Of a stretch of 64,000 nt of DNA, positions 49,401 to 57,427 are shown one piece after another. The position numbers and the translations under genes were made by a program. Source of the DNA: Armatimonadota bacterium (lineage in GTDB: Bacteria > Armatimonadota > SYMT01); assembly GCA_046292385.1 (NCBI GenBank), contig JBKBRF010000002.1, forward strand, positions 64,001 to 128,000. The letters run 5' to 3'. The notes under the pieces were generated by a model. It saw nothing but the letters and a program-made list of their open reading frames with translations, was not told the DNA's origin and made no database searches. Every line of letters begins with the position of its first letter. Within the stretch, counting starts at the first letter, position 1.

Positions 49401-49871
49401 GTCGGCCAGGAAGCGGAGCTGCTTGCTGCTGCGGTCGCCCTTCATCCCCAGGTAGAGCACCGGGGAGGCGTTGACGTCGAGGCGGTCGACCACCGGCGGA
49501 TCGATGTCGCGCGGGAGCTTCCGCCGCACGCCCTCCACCTTCTGCCGCACTTCCTGCGCCGCCAGCTGGGAGTTGGTCCCGATGTAGAACTCGAGCTGGA
49601 CGAACGCGATCCCGTACTGGGAGCTGGAGGTGATGTTACGGATGCCGTTGACGGAGCTGACCGCGTCCTCGATCGGCTTGGTGATCAGCGTCTCCATCTC
49701 CGCCGGACCGGTGCCGGGGTAGGTGGTGGTCACCGTGACGTACGGAATGTCGACGCGCGGCCGCTCCTCCACCTGCATCTTGGACCGGGAGAAGAGGCCC
49801 AGGATCAGGAGGGTGGCCATCAGCACGATCACGAAGACCGGCCGCTGGATCGAGAGGCGTGTCAGCCACAT
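46437..49871 (-). CDS. AcrB/HAE1-family RND permease
   Basis: SIQRPVF, METLITKPIEDAV, GILVDDSIVVLENI, GIVQKNAILLID, RLRPILMTT. Confidence 0.95.
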   Translation of the reverse strand: MWLTRLSIQRPVFVIVLMATLLILGLFSRSKMQVEERPRVDIPYVTVTTTYPGTGPAEMETLITKPIEDAVSSVNGIRNITSSSQYGIAFVQLEFYIGTNSQLAAQEVRQKVEGVRRKLPRDIDPPVVDRLDVNASPVLYLGMKGDRSSKQLRFLADTQIRYRLAQVPGVGQVEVTGGDVREIRIAVNKRRLEAWNMSINDVVSAVYRANANIPSGHVTEGSRDFDARLIGEFQSVDQIRDLDLPVSSGAGAVRLKLRDVATVEDGVAERQTVTRVWMRDHPGEEMVGADTVGLTISKLSDANTVEVVDNIHKELARIEQEMPGNIRFQVTQDESLRVRYALEDINVSLILGALLAVGVVFLFLHNLRGTLICAVAIPLSLIAAFIPMYFLGQSLNSMTMLGLSLVVGILVDDSIVVLENIYRHLHKGETPTEAALNGRGEIGHAAVIITLVDVVVFLPMLWMGGIIGQFLRAFGLTVAVATLFSLLVSFTVTPWLASRWYKLGENLEHKTGGFLLLERMFNWVERGYRRVLERALNTPRWFAVAVLAGTVLWMLRGGLPADSTSWGWFGTLLICVAALAAFILAGWWQTAGRMAIFALGALFFVFTMQTIGPHMKIGYIPVYDQSKLGLTLELPAGASLEETDRITKQVEEVVADTPEVAAVFTTVGRIQGGSRGAPETGRQYAQLSIQLYEKPDLLETINPFTEEHKRIMDWRQRADSDIAAEIREKIGGIAGGKLVIVPVRGFGGISAPVQVELLGFDLDQMKGVSEQIRDRLAAMPGVINPDLSLRPGKPEAQVTVDREKASELGLDVTQIGTALRSAYEGNIDAKFREAGEQFDIRVQFAEFDRSRIDEVGAVVVGRVMTDHGPQAIRLSQVADIRMGEGPNKIERKNRLRKATVSAYVLPGIVPLEINRAIEAEISKMPLGDIKVSAGGDADRARTEYPHLILSLLLSCVLVYLLMALLFDNLIHPLTIQLSLPMAVIGAVMALVYMDQQLSIISVTGFIMLAGIVQKNAILLIDYSNTLRERGYKRDAAIVEAGQTRLRPILMTTLAMIFGMLPIALAVGRGNEARAPLATAVIGGLIMSTILSLIIIPCIYSVFDDVQAWVARLLKKGRRSALVEQALAEPAPAAPIEAPEPAGAE

Positions 49872-49930
49872 AAAACCAGGCTCCCGCAGCCGCCGCGCGG
49901 CGCCGTCATGGGGGGAGAAGCTTTGAAGAA

Positions 49931-50018
49931 GAGAATGGGAGAGTGGGCGAATGGGAGAGTGGGTGAAGCGCTCCGCGGGAGCCGTCTCCCATTCTCAAGC
50001 TCTCCCACTCCCCCACTC
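49931..50018. repeat. Inverted GGGAGAGT-type octamer arrays inside the RND operon
   Basis: GAATGGGAGAGTGGGCGAATGGGAGAGTGGG faces CTCCCATTCTC..CTCTCCCACTCCCCCACTC. Confidence 0.7.
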
Positions 50019-50025
50019 AGTCTTT

Positions 50026-51756
50026 TTACTCGCCCGGTAGGGAGAGCGGCGTGCCTTCGATGATGGCGGGCGAGCCGGAGGCGATCACCTTCTGCCCCTC
50101 TTCCAGGCCGGAGAGCACCTCCGCGTGCCGGTCGTCGACCAGCCCGGTCTTGATCAGCTGGCGGCGTGCCACCCAGCCCTCGCCCTCTTCCACGGGCGCG
50201 ATCAGCCAGACGAAGCGGTCTCCCGACTCGGTCTGGACCGCCGCCTTATCGACCAGCAGCGCCGCCTGGTGCCGCCCCACCCGGACGTTCGCCCGGGCGA
50301 AGCCGCCCACCGGCAGCTCCTTGCCGCCGCCGAGCACCGCGATCCGCACCCGGAAGGAGCGGCTGTCGCGGTCCGCCACCGGGATCACTTCCCGCACCAC
50401 ACCGGAGAATTTCTTGCCGGGCAGGGAGTCGACCGTCACGCTCGCCGGGGCGTTCGACCGCAGCATCGAGACTTCCAACTCCGGCACCTGCGCCTCTACG
50501 TAGACGGTGTCGAGCGCCACCAGGGTCATCAGGTTGCTGCTGGTGGTGACCATCTCGCCCGCGTGCACCTGCCGCACGGAGACGACGCCGGAGACCGGCG
50601 CGCGGATCGTGAGGTCCTCGAGCTGCGTGCGGTAGAGCGCCAGGTCGGCTTCCGCCTCCGCCAGCGCGGCGCGGGCGCTCCCGATCTCATCCTCGGAGAG
50701 CTTGCTCTGCACCAGGCCCGCTTCGGTCGCCTGGACCGCGGCCTCGGCCTGCCGCAGCGCCGCGCGGGCCGCCTCGACGTTGTCCTTCGCCAGGTCGCGG
50801 CGGCGCTCGTCGCTCACCGCAATCTCCAGCGCCCGCTCCGCAGCGGCGAGCTGGCCCTGGGCGATGCGGACTTCCTCCGGGCGCGAGCCTTCATTCGCGA
50901 GCTCGAGCTGCTGCTGGCTCGCGGCGAGGCGCGCTTCCGCAACCTTTAGCTCCGCCAGCTCCGCCTTGTGCTGGCGCTCCGCCTCGTCGACCTCTTCCTT
51001 CGCGATCGCGTCCTTCTGGAAGAGCGTCTGCCGCCGCTCCAGGACCTGACCCGCGTTCTGCGCGTCGACCTTCGCCTGCTCCACCAGGGCGCGGGCCTCC
51101 ACGATTGCCAGCTCCGCCTGCCGCAGCTCCTGCTTGCGGGTGAGCTCCTTCGCAATCGAGAGCCGCTCCGTGGCGACGCGGACGCCGGACTGGGCGCTCT
51201 CCACCTTCTTACGCGTCTCCACGTCGATCAGCTTCGCTTCGGTCTCGGCCTGCTGCAGCCGGGTCTTTGCGGTATCGAGTGCGGCGAGAGCGCGCTGGTG
51301 CTCCGAGCGGGCCGAGGTATCCTTCCAGCTCGCCTGGTTCCGCGCCAGGGAGAGCTTGGCCCGCGCGGCCGCGATGGCGCCCTGCGCCCCGGCCATCTGC
51401 GCCCGCAGCTCCCGCTCGTCGAGCTGTACCAGCACCTGCCCCTGCTTGACGCGGTCGCCTTCCTTCACGGTGACCCGGACTACCTTCCCGGCGATCCGCG
51501 ACCCGATCTGCACGTCCTCGTCCGCCTTGAGGCTGCCGGAGATCTCCAGCGACTGCTGCATGTCTCCGCGGCTGACCACCACCGGCGTTACCGGGACCGC
51601 CTGCGCGCTGCTGCGCGGCTTCTCTTCTCGCGCCGCGGCGTGGACGGCCTGGCCGCCCTGCGCCGGTCCCTCCGCGCTCCGGGAGGAGCCGAGCAGCAGG
51701 AAGCCGGCGGCGGACGCGCCGACGAGCGCGATGAGGACTGACCAACGTTTCATCAC
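50026..51756 (-). CDS. RND membrane-fusion (periplasmic adaptor) protein
   Basis: SRIAGKV..VKEGDRVKQGQVL, long coiled coil, IRAPVSGVV, GLEEGQKV. Confidence 0.92.
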   Translation of the reverse strand: MMKRWSVLIALVGASAAGFLLLGSSRSAEGPAQGGQAVHAAAREEKPRSSAQAVPVTPVVVSRGDMQQSLEISGSLKADEDVQIGSRIAGKVVRVTVKEGDRVKQGQVLVQLDERELRAQMAGAQGAIAAARAKLSLARNQASWKDTSARSEHQRALAALDTAKTRLQQAETEAKLIDVETRKKVESAQSGVRVATERLSIAKELTRKQELRQAELAIVEARALVEQAKVDAQNAGQVLERRQTLFQKDAIAKEEVDEAERQHKAELAELKVAEARLAASQQQLELANEGSRPEEVRIAQGQLAAAERALEIAVSDERRRDLAKDNVEAARAALRQAEAAVQATEAGLVQSKLSEDEIGSARAALAEAEADLALYRTQLEDLTIRAPVSGVVSVRQVHAGEMVTTSSNLMTLVALDTVYVEAQVPELEVSMLRSNAPASVTVDSLPGKKFSGVVREVIPVADRDSRSFRVRIAVLGGGKELPVGGFARANVRVGRHQAALLVDKAAVQTESGDRFVWLIAPVEEGEGWVARRQLIKTGLVDDRHAEVLSGLEEGQKVIASGSPAIIEGTPLSLPGE

Positions 51757-53243
51757 TGTTCTCCCTGTGAACCCGGGGGAGGCATGGGTGGAGCCGGCAC
51801 CGCCATGCCGGCGATCAATTCTTCAACGGTCTGGCCGGTGGCCGCCTCGAGGCGCACGCGGGCGGCTTCGTAATCGAACGTCGCGTTAGCTAGATTCTGC
51901 CCCGCCCGCGCCACCGCAACCTGCGCGTCGGTCACCTCGACGTTCGTGCCGACGCCGGCCTGGTAGCGGACGTTCGCCACGCGCAGCGCCTCGCGGGCGG
52001 CGCGCTGCTCCTGGGTGGCGGTCTGGATGCGCCGCTCGGCCTCGCGCAGGTCGAGCAGGGCGCTCCGCACATCTAACTCTACCTGTTGGCGGGCCAGCTC
52101 CAGTTCCTGGCGGGTCTCATCCACCAGTCCCTGTGCCTCTCGGACCCGATTGCGCGTGAGGCCACTATCAAAGAACGGGAAATCGAGAGTGAGGCCCAGG
52201 TTCCACCGGTACGCGGTCGAGGCAAAGCCGCCCGGGTTCGGCCGGTCGTACCCGGCGGAGAAGTCGATCTGCGGCTTGTTCTCCGCACGGCGGGCCCGCA
52301 CTTCCTGGCGGAGCCCCTCTACCGTCTCCCGGAGCGCGGCGAGCTGCGGGCGCTCCTCCAGCGCCGCCTCCCGGGCCTGCTCGAAGGTGATCGGCGGCAC
52401 CGGCGGCTCCGTCCCCAGCTCCAGCGCGATCGGCGCATCGGCCGGGCGGCCCAGGGCGGTGTTGAGAGTCGACTCCGCCAGCGCGATCTCGTTCTCCGCG
52501 TCGATCACCTCTTGCTCGGCGTTTGCCAACTCCGCCTCGGCCCGGATCACGTCGAAGCGTGGGGAGACGTCGCTCTCGAAGCGCGCCTGCGCGACCCGCA
52601 GCTGCTCCTGCGCCGACTCCCGCCGCTCCTGCGCCACCGCGAGGAGCTGCTGGCTCCGGAGCACGTTGTAGAAGCTGACCCCGACCACCAGGCGGACGTC
52701 GTTTTCGGTCTCTTCCGTGCGGAAGAGCGCGGCGTTCACGTCCCGCTCCGCCGCCCGCTGACGGGCGCTGCGCCGGCCCCAGTCGAAGACCACCTGGTTC
52801 AGGAAGACGCCGAGATCCCAGCGGTAGGCGGGAACGGCGGGGTTATCGCCCGGCCGGAACGGGGGGACGGTCGGCCCCTGCCGGATGACGAAGTTGGAGG
52901 TATTCAACTGCGGCCCCCGCTCGGCGCGCCGCTGCCCCACCCGGGCGCGCGCCTGGCGCACCTGCGCCGCCGCGCCGCCAATCCGCGGGTTGTGCTCCAG
53001 CGCGTAGCGCACCGCCTCATCCAGGGAGAACGTCTCTCCCGGACCGGGCGCCTCGCCCGGGGGCGGGGTTGGAGCTGCGGGCGGCGGGGCCGGCGCCGCC
53101 GGGTTACCGGCCTGCGCCGCGAAGGCAAGGCCGCTCCCGGAGAGGGCTCCCGCCGCGAGGAGGCCCGCCAGCACGCCGCGCGCCGTCGAAGCCGTCGCCG
53201 GAAAGCTCTGGAAGTGCTTCCGCACCAAGTCTGTCCTTCCCAA
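51753..53243 (-). CDS. TolC-family outer-membrane protein
   Basis: SLDEAVRYALEHNP, FDVIRAE, FPFFDSG, RYQAGVGTNVEVTDAQ; start could be GTG 53225. Confidence 0.9.
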   Translation of the reverse strand: MGRTDLVRKHFQSFPATASTARGVLAGLLAAGALSGSGLAFAAQAGNPAAPAPPPAAPTPPPGEAPGPGETFSLDEAVRYALEHNPRIGGAAAQVRQARARVGQRRAERGPQLNTSNFVIRQGPTVPPFRPGDNPAVPAYRWDLGVFLNQVVFDWGRRSARQRAAERDVNAALFRTEETENDVRLVVGVSFYNVLRSQQLLAVAQERRESAQEQLRVAQARFESDVSPRFDVIRAEAELANAEQEVIDAENEIALAESTLNTALGRPADAPIALELGTEPPVPPITFEQAREAALEERPQLAALRETVEGLRQEVRARRAENKPQIDFSAGYDRPNPGGFASTAYRWNLGLTLDFPFFDSGLTRNRVREAQGLVDETRQELELARQQVELDVRSALLDLREAERRIQTATQEQRAAREALRVANVRYQAGVGTNVEVTDAQVAVARAGQNLANATFDYEAARVRLEAATGQTVEELIAGMAVPAPPMPPPGSQGEQ

Positions 53244-53479
53244 CCGGTACTCCCCATCCGGGAGCCCTGAATTCTACTGCCGCCGCGCCCGGGGATCACC
53301 CGGACGCAGGCGGAGGGTTCCGCTCCCCCTGTTAAATCAACAGTTAACTAGCACCTCCAGCGACCGGCCAACGCTGCCGAAACCCAACGCGATTGGCGGA
53401 GCGCCTGACAGTCGGTGGAGAGACCGAGAAAAGCCCGAGTGGTGCCTGCCCGACGCTCCGGCAGAGGAGCGGGCGCGCG

Positions 53480-53508
53480 TTGACGGGTCCGGGCAAACCC
53501 GGTAAGGT
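53480..53508 (+). promoter_or_regulatory. Sigma70-type, probably leaderless, promoter of dtd
   Basis: TTGACG-N17-TAAGGT-N7-GTG start. Confidence 0.65.
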
Positions 53509-53515
53509 GTGCTCC

Positions 53516-53965
53516 GTGAGGACGGTGGTGCAGCGGGTACTGGAGGCGCGGGTAGTGGTCGACGGCGAGACCGTCGGTCGCATCGGGCCCGGGCTGCTCG
53601 CCCTGGTGGGCGTTCGGGAGGACGACACCGCGGCGGACGTGCAGTACACCGCGGAGAAGATCGCGCACCTCCGCGTCTTCGATAACGACGAAGGGCGGCG
53701 CGACCTCAGCGCGCTCGACACCGGGGCGGAGATCCTGGTAGTGAGCCAGTTCACGCTCTACGGGGACGTGCGGAAAGGCCGTCGCCCGAGCTACTCCGAG
53801 GCAGCGCGCGGGGAGCAGGCCGAGGCGTTCTACGAGGAAGTCTGCGCGGCCCTGCGAAAGCTGAGCCTGACGGTGCAGACCGGCCGCTTCGGCGCCGACA
53901 TGCGGGTGGAGATGGTGGGGCACGGTCCCGTCACGATCCTGCTCGACAGCCGGCGCGGCTTCTGA
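53516..53965 (+). CDS. dtd: D-aminoacyl-tRNA deacylase
   Basis: MRTVVQRV, VSQFTLYG, KGRRPS, G.FGADM.V....GPVT. Confidence 0.95.
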   Translation: MRTVVQRVLEARVVVDGETVGRIGPGLLALVGVREDDTAADVQYTAEKIAHLRVFDNDEGRRDLSALDTGAEILVVSQFTLYGDVRKGRRPSYSEAARGEQAEAFYEEVCAALRKLSLTVQTGRFGADMRVEMVGHGPVTILLDSRRGF

Positions 53966-54112
53966 CCGCGCGCCCACGCGCCGACAATCTCAGCGGAGAC
54001 CCGCGGGCGGAGCGGCCCGGAACCTCCTTGACCCGATAGCGTGTCAATGATACTGTTCGCTCCCCCGGTCGAGCCGCCGGGGAGCTTGCGCCCGGTCAGA
54101 GTGGGAAGAAGT

Positions 54113-54985
54113 ATGTCCACCTCCGAAGAATTCAGACCGCAGGGCGGACGGAACGCCGTCGAAGGCGAAGAGCCGCCGAGCGCGGCAGGCTTCCGGGCGA
54201 TGGGAGACGACCTCGCCGCGGAAGGCCGGCTGCAGGAGGCGATCGAGCAGTACAAGCGGGCCGTCCGCGCGGAAGGGGACAACCCGGACCACCACGCGCG
54301 GCTGGGCGATGCCTACGTCTTCGCGGAGAACAGCGGCCAGGCGCTGGCGCACTACCGCCGCGCGCTGCAGTGCAATCCGAACCACGCCGACACCCACTTC
54401 TCCCTGGCAGAGGTCTACCGGCGCTTCGGCAAGATCAAGGGCGCGATCACCCTCTACCGCAAGGCGATCGACCTCGCGCCCCGCAACCCCTACTACCGCT
54501 ACCGCCTCGCCACCGCCTTCAGCCAGCAGGGGAAGGTCGACTCCGCCATCCACGAGCTCCAGGAAGCGATCCGCCTGGCCCCGGAGGACGGCTTCTATCA
54601 TTTCTGGCTCGGCGACCTCTACCTCGACCTCGACCGCACCGCGGAAGGAGTCCGCGAGCTGGAGCAGGCGGTGAGCCACTGCCCGTTCGACGACTACTAC
54701 TGCGTCCGCCTCGGGATGGCGTACGGCATGGTGAACCGCAACGACGACGCGGTGCCGCTCTTCCAGCGCGCCATCCGTCTCCGCCCGAACAACGCGTCGT
54801 ACCACTACCTGCTAGCGGATGCCTTCGCGCGCATGGGCTACGCGCTGCGGGCGGCGATGCACTACGAGATCGCCGGCGACCTCGATCCGTACGACCGCCA
54901 GTACGTCACCCGCATGCGAGAGGGCTTCCTGAAAGGAAGCCGCCCCAGCCGGGAAGACTTCGGCCTCTCGCCGCTGGAAGACTGA
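54113..54985 (+). CDS. Tetratricopeptide repeat protein
   Basis: About seven tandem 34-aa TPR units (LG..Y...G...A...Y..A....P); candidate promoter TTGACC-N17-TACTGT at 54028-54056. Confidence 0.9.
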   Translation: MSTSEEFRPQGGRNAVEGEEPPSAAGFRAMGDDLAAEGRLQEAIEQYKRAVRAEGDNPDHHARLGDAYVFAENSGQALAHYRRALQCNPNHADTHFSLAEVYRRFGKIKGAITLYRKAIDLAPRNPYYRYRLATAFSQQGKVDSAIHELQEAIRLAPEDGFYHFWLGDLYLDLDRTAEGVRELEQAVSHCPFDDYYCVRLGMAYGMVNRNDDAVPLFQRAIRLRPNNASYHYLLADAFARMGYALRAAMHYEIAGDLDPYDRQYVTRMREGFLKGSRPSREDFGLSPLED

Positions 54986-55000
54986 CCCCACTCTTCCGAG

Positions 55001-55051
55001 AAAAGACCGCCGGGGAGGAGCTGATCTCTCGCTCCTCCCCGGCGGTCTTTT
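55001..55051. terminator. Bidirectional intrinsic terminator
   Basis: AAAAGACCGCCGGGGAGGAGC..GCTCCTCCCCGGCGGTCTTTT between convergent genes. Confidence 0.85.
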
Positions 55052-55067
55052 GCTTCCGGCCCGGCGC

Positions 55068-56057
55068 CTACTTCGGTGCGGGCTCCGCGCCTCGCTCCGG
55101 TCTGCGCTCCGGCAGCTTGTAGTCCGGCGGCCGCTGGTCCGGTGGCAGCCAGCGCTGCGGGTTGTAGTCGAGCCCGTAGGCGTCCGCCATCCGATTGTAG
55201 AAGGCGAAGAGCGCGGTGATGAAGCTCGCCTCGAAGATCTGCTCGTCGTTCCAGCCGGACTTCCGCAGCCGCTCTACGTGCGCGTCGGTCACCTTCGCGG
55301 GCTCCAGGGTGAGCACCTTCACGTAATCGAGCAGCGCCCGCTCGCGCTCGGTGAGGTTCGCCGCCTCGGCGTCGCCCTGGCCGATCTTGTCTACGTCTTG
55401 TTGGTCTTGTCCCTGCAACTGCAGGTTATACGCGTGCGCGCCCACTCAAAACTTGCACCGGTTGAGCGCGGAGACGTAGGTCGCGATCATCTCCTTCGTG
55501 CGGCGGTCGAGCGCGGTATCGGGCCGGTGCGCCTTGCCGTGCAGCGTCTGGATCAGCCGCAGCCACTCCGGCCGCAGGCTGAAGGTGTGCATGATCCCGT
55601 TCTTCGGCTGCCGTCCCAGGATCTGCTCCACTTCGTCGTAGCGGGGATCGCCCGGCTCGGCCCAGTCGATCCGCATCACGCCCGCGGCTTGGCGGACCAT
55701 GCCGGTGATGGCGGCCGCGGAGGAGGACCGGCCGACGAAGCGGCCGCGGCGGTCGTAGACCAGCGCCGTCGGCGTCTCCACGATGCCGTACTGCTTCGCC
55801 AGCGGCTCCGTACCGGACTTGAGGGGGATCTCCCGGAAGCCGACTTTCGCCCCCGCCTGCTGCCGGAGCTCCTGGAGGAATCCCCGCTCCAGCGTGCTGG
55901 AGGGCTTCAGGAAGACGAAGACGGTCGGCCGCTCCGCCGCCAGGTGGCGGGTCAGCGGCGCCTCGCGCGCGGCGGAGAGCGGCGCAGCCGGCGAAGGCGG
56001 GCTTCCGCCCGGCGCGGCGAGCAGCGCCGCCAGCGGTAACGCGTGGAAGGGTGACAT
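55068..56057 (-). CDS. Thioredoxin-like / AhpD(CMD) peroxidase-related fusion with in-frame UGA at CxxU (candidate selenoprotein, 329 aa)
   Basis: ORFs 55446-56057 and 55068-55445 abut in the same frame: EMIATYVSALNRCKF-UGA-VGAH...FYNRMADA; the AhpD CxxC..H motif spans the UGA. Confidence 0.82.
55412..55425 (-). promoter_or_regulatory. Candidate bacterial SECIS hairpin
   Basis: CCUGC-AGUU-GCAGG stem-loop starting 20 nt after the UGA, with G in the loop. Confidence 0.55.
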
Positions 56058-56061
56058 CTCC

Positions 56062-56907
56062 TCAGTTCTCCTTGAACCAGGCCCGCGCCGCGGGGGCGAG
56101 GGTGCGCGACCATGCCACGCCGCTGGTGCTGCGGGTGCGCCAGGAGCTGCCGGGGCCCTTGAACCACTTCACGTGCCCGTCCGCCAGCAGGTAATTGGCC
56201 CCGCCGCTGTGGCGGTAGCGGGCGCCGCAGTAGTTCGCCGCCTGCCCGTTCGTCGGACCGGTAATCGGCGGGTAGCCGCTCTCCAGGCGGCTGCAGTCGG
56301 TGGTCCAGTCATCCCCGCCGGTGACATTGATCCAGCCCATGCCCTCTGCCGCCAGCACCACCTCCGCCGGGGCGTTGATGGTCGCCAGGCTGCTCGGCTT
56401 GCCGGGGAAATGGCCGAAGCTGGCGAAGCCGCGGTGCCACATCGGGATCAGGTTGCCGTTCGCCATGTAGCTCATCGCCGGGGAGAAGTTCTGCGCCGGG
56501 AACGGTCCGGGCGCCGGCTCGCCGGGGAGCAGCGGGACCGACCGGTTCTCCACGCTGGGACAGATCCAGAACGGAGCGTTGGCGCGCTGCGCGTTGACGC
56601 CGTTCTGGATCACGGCGCGGGCCCCGGCCCGGGCGTACGGCTCCACCAGGTCGTACCACATCTGGACCGGCTGCCCCGGCGGGTTGTAGGCGCCGAGCGG
56701 CAGCATCTCGTCGGCATCCTGCGCGTACATGATCACCGCCATGCCGATCTGCTTCATGTTGCTGGTGCAGCTCGCCTGGCGCGCTTTCTCCCGGGCCTGC
56801 GCGAAGACCGGGAAGAGAATGGCCGCCAGGATAGCGATGATGGCGATCACTACGAGCAGCTCGATCAGGGTGAAGCCGCGGCGATAGGTGGGGAATGATT
56901 GAGACAT
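56062..56907 (-). CDS. DUF1559 prepilin-type N-terminal cleavage / H-X9-DG protein
   Basis: [65 protein letters not shown]. Confidence 0.93.
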   Translation of the reverse strand: MSQSFPTYRRGFTLIELLVVIAIIAILAAILFPVFAQAREKARQASCTSNMKQIGMAVIMYAQDADEMLPLGAYNPPGQPVQMWYDLVEPYARAGARAVIQNGVNAQRANAPFWICPSVENRSVPLLPGEPAPGPFPAQNFSPAMSYMANGNLIPMWHRGFASFGHFPGKPSSLATINAPAEVVLAAEGMGWINVTGGDDWTTDCSRLESGYPPITGPTNGQAANYCGARYRHSGGANYLLADGHVKWFKGPGSSWRTRSTSGVAWSRTLAPAARAWFKEN

Positions 56908-57128
56908 AGTGCTCCCTACGAAACCTCTGCACGCTCCTCATCTGCGTGCCGCGGGCGGCAGCCTGGGGGCGAAAGGCTCCTTGCTGATCTAGCATGGAAC
57001 GGTAGGACACACCGTTAGAAAGGACTAAGCCGCCGCGCCCCGCGCCGAACACACGGGGCAGGAGCGAGACGCTTCGGGACAGAAGCCTTCGTAGTCACGT
57101 CTGCGCCAGACCCTCCCTTCCTGCACTG

Positions 57129-57386
57129 ATGCCACCTTCCAAGCCGGCCGACGATCCGGCCAACGCCCGTCCCGCCCCCGGAGAGATCGTGCTCCACGAG
57201 GGGCTCACCCTGCTCGAGACCGACGACCCGGTGCTCCTGGTGGAGCTGCAGTCCGACAGCCGGGTCGCCGCCTCGATCGTTGCGCTGCTCTCGCCCTGCG
57301 CCGCGGTGGTGAAAGCCGGAGACGCCCCGGCCCTCGCCGAGCGCCTGCTCAAGACCGGGCACCTGCCGAAAGTGAGCGAGCTGTGA
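57129..57386 (+). CDS. Small protein resembling the C-terminal module of the downstream helicase-associated protein
   Basis: 16 of 58 ungapped identities (hand count) with the terminal module of 57428-59716. Confidence 0.7.
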   Translation: MPPSKPADDPANARPAPGEIVLHEGLTLLETDDPVLLVELQSDSRVAASIVALLSPCAAVVKAGDAPALAERLLKTGHLPKVSEL

Positions 57387-57427
57387 GACTCGGCTCCCTG
57401 AGCGGCGAGATCTATCCGGGCGAGCCG

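Noticed and set aside
53329..53343. CTGTT-N5-AACAG dyad as a LexA box
   Set aside because: The spacing does not fit CTGT-N8-ACAG. It could be another operator for the RND operon, but the evidence is too thin.
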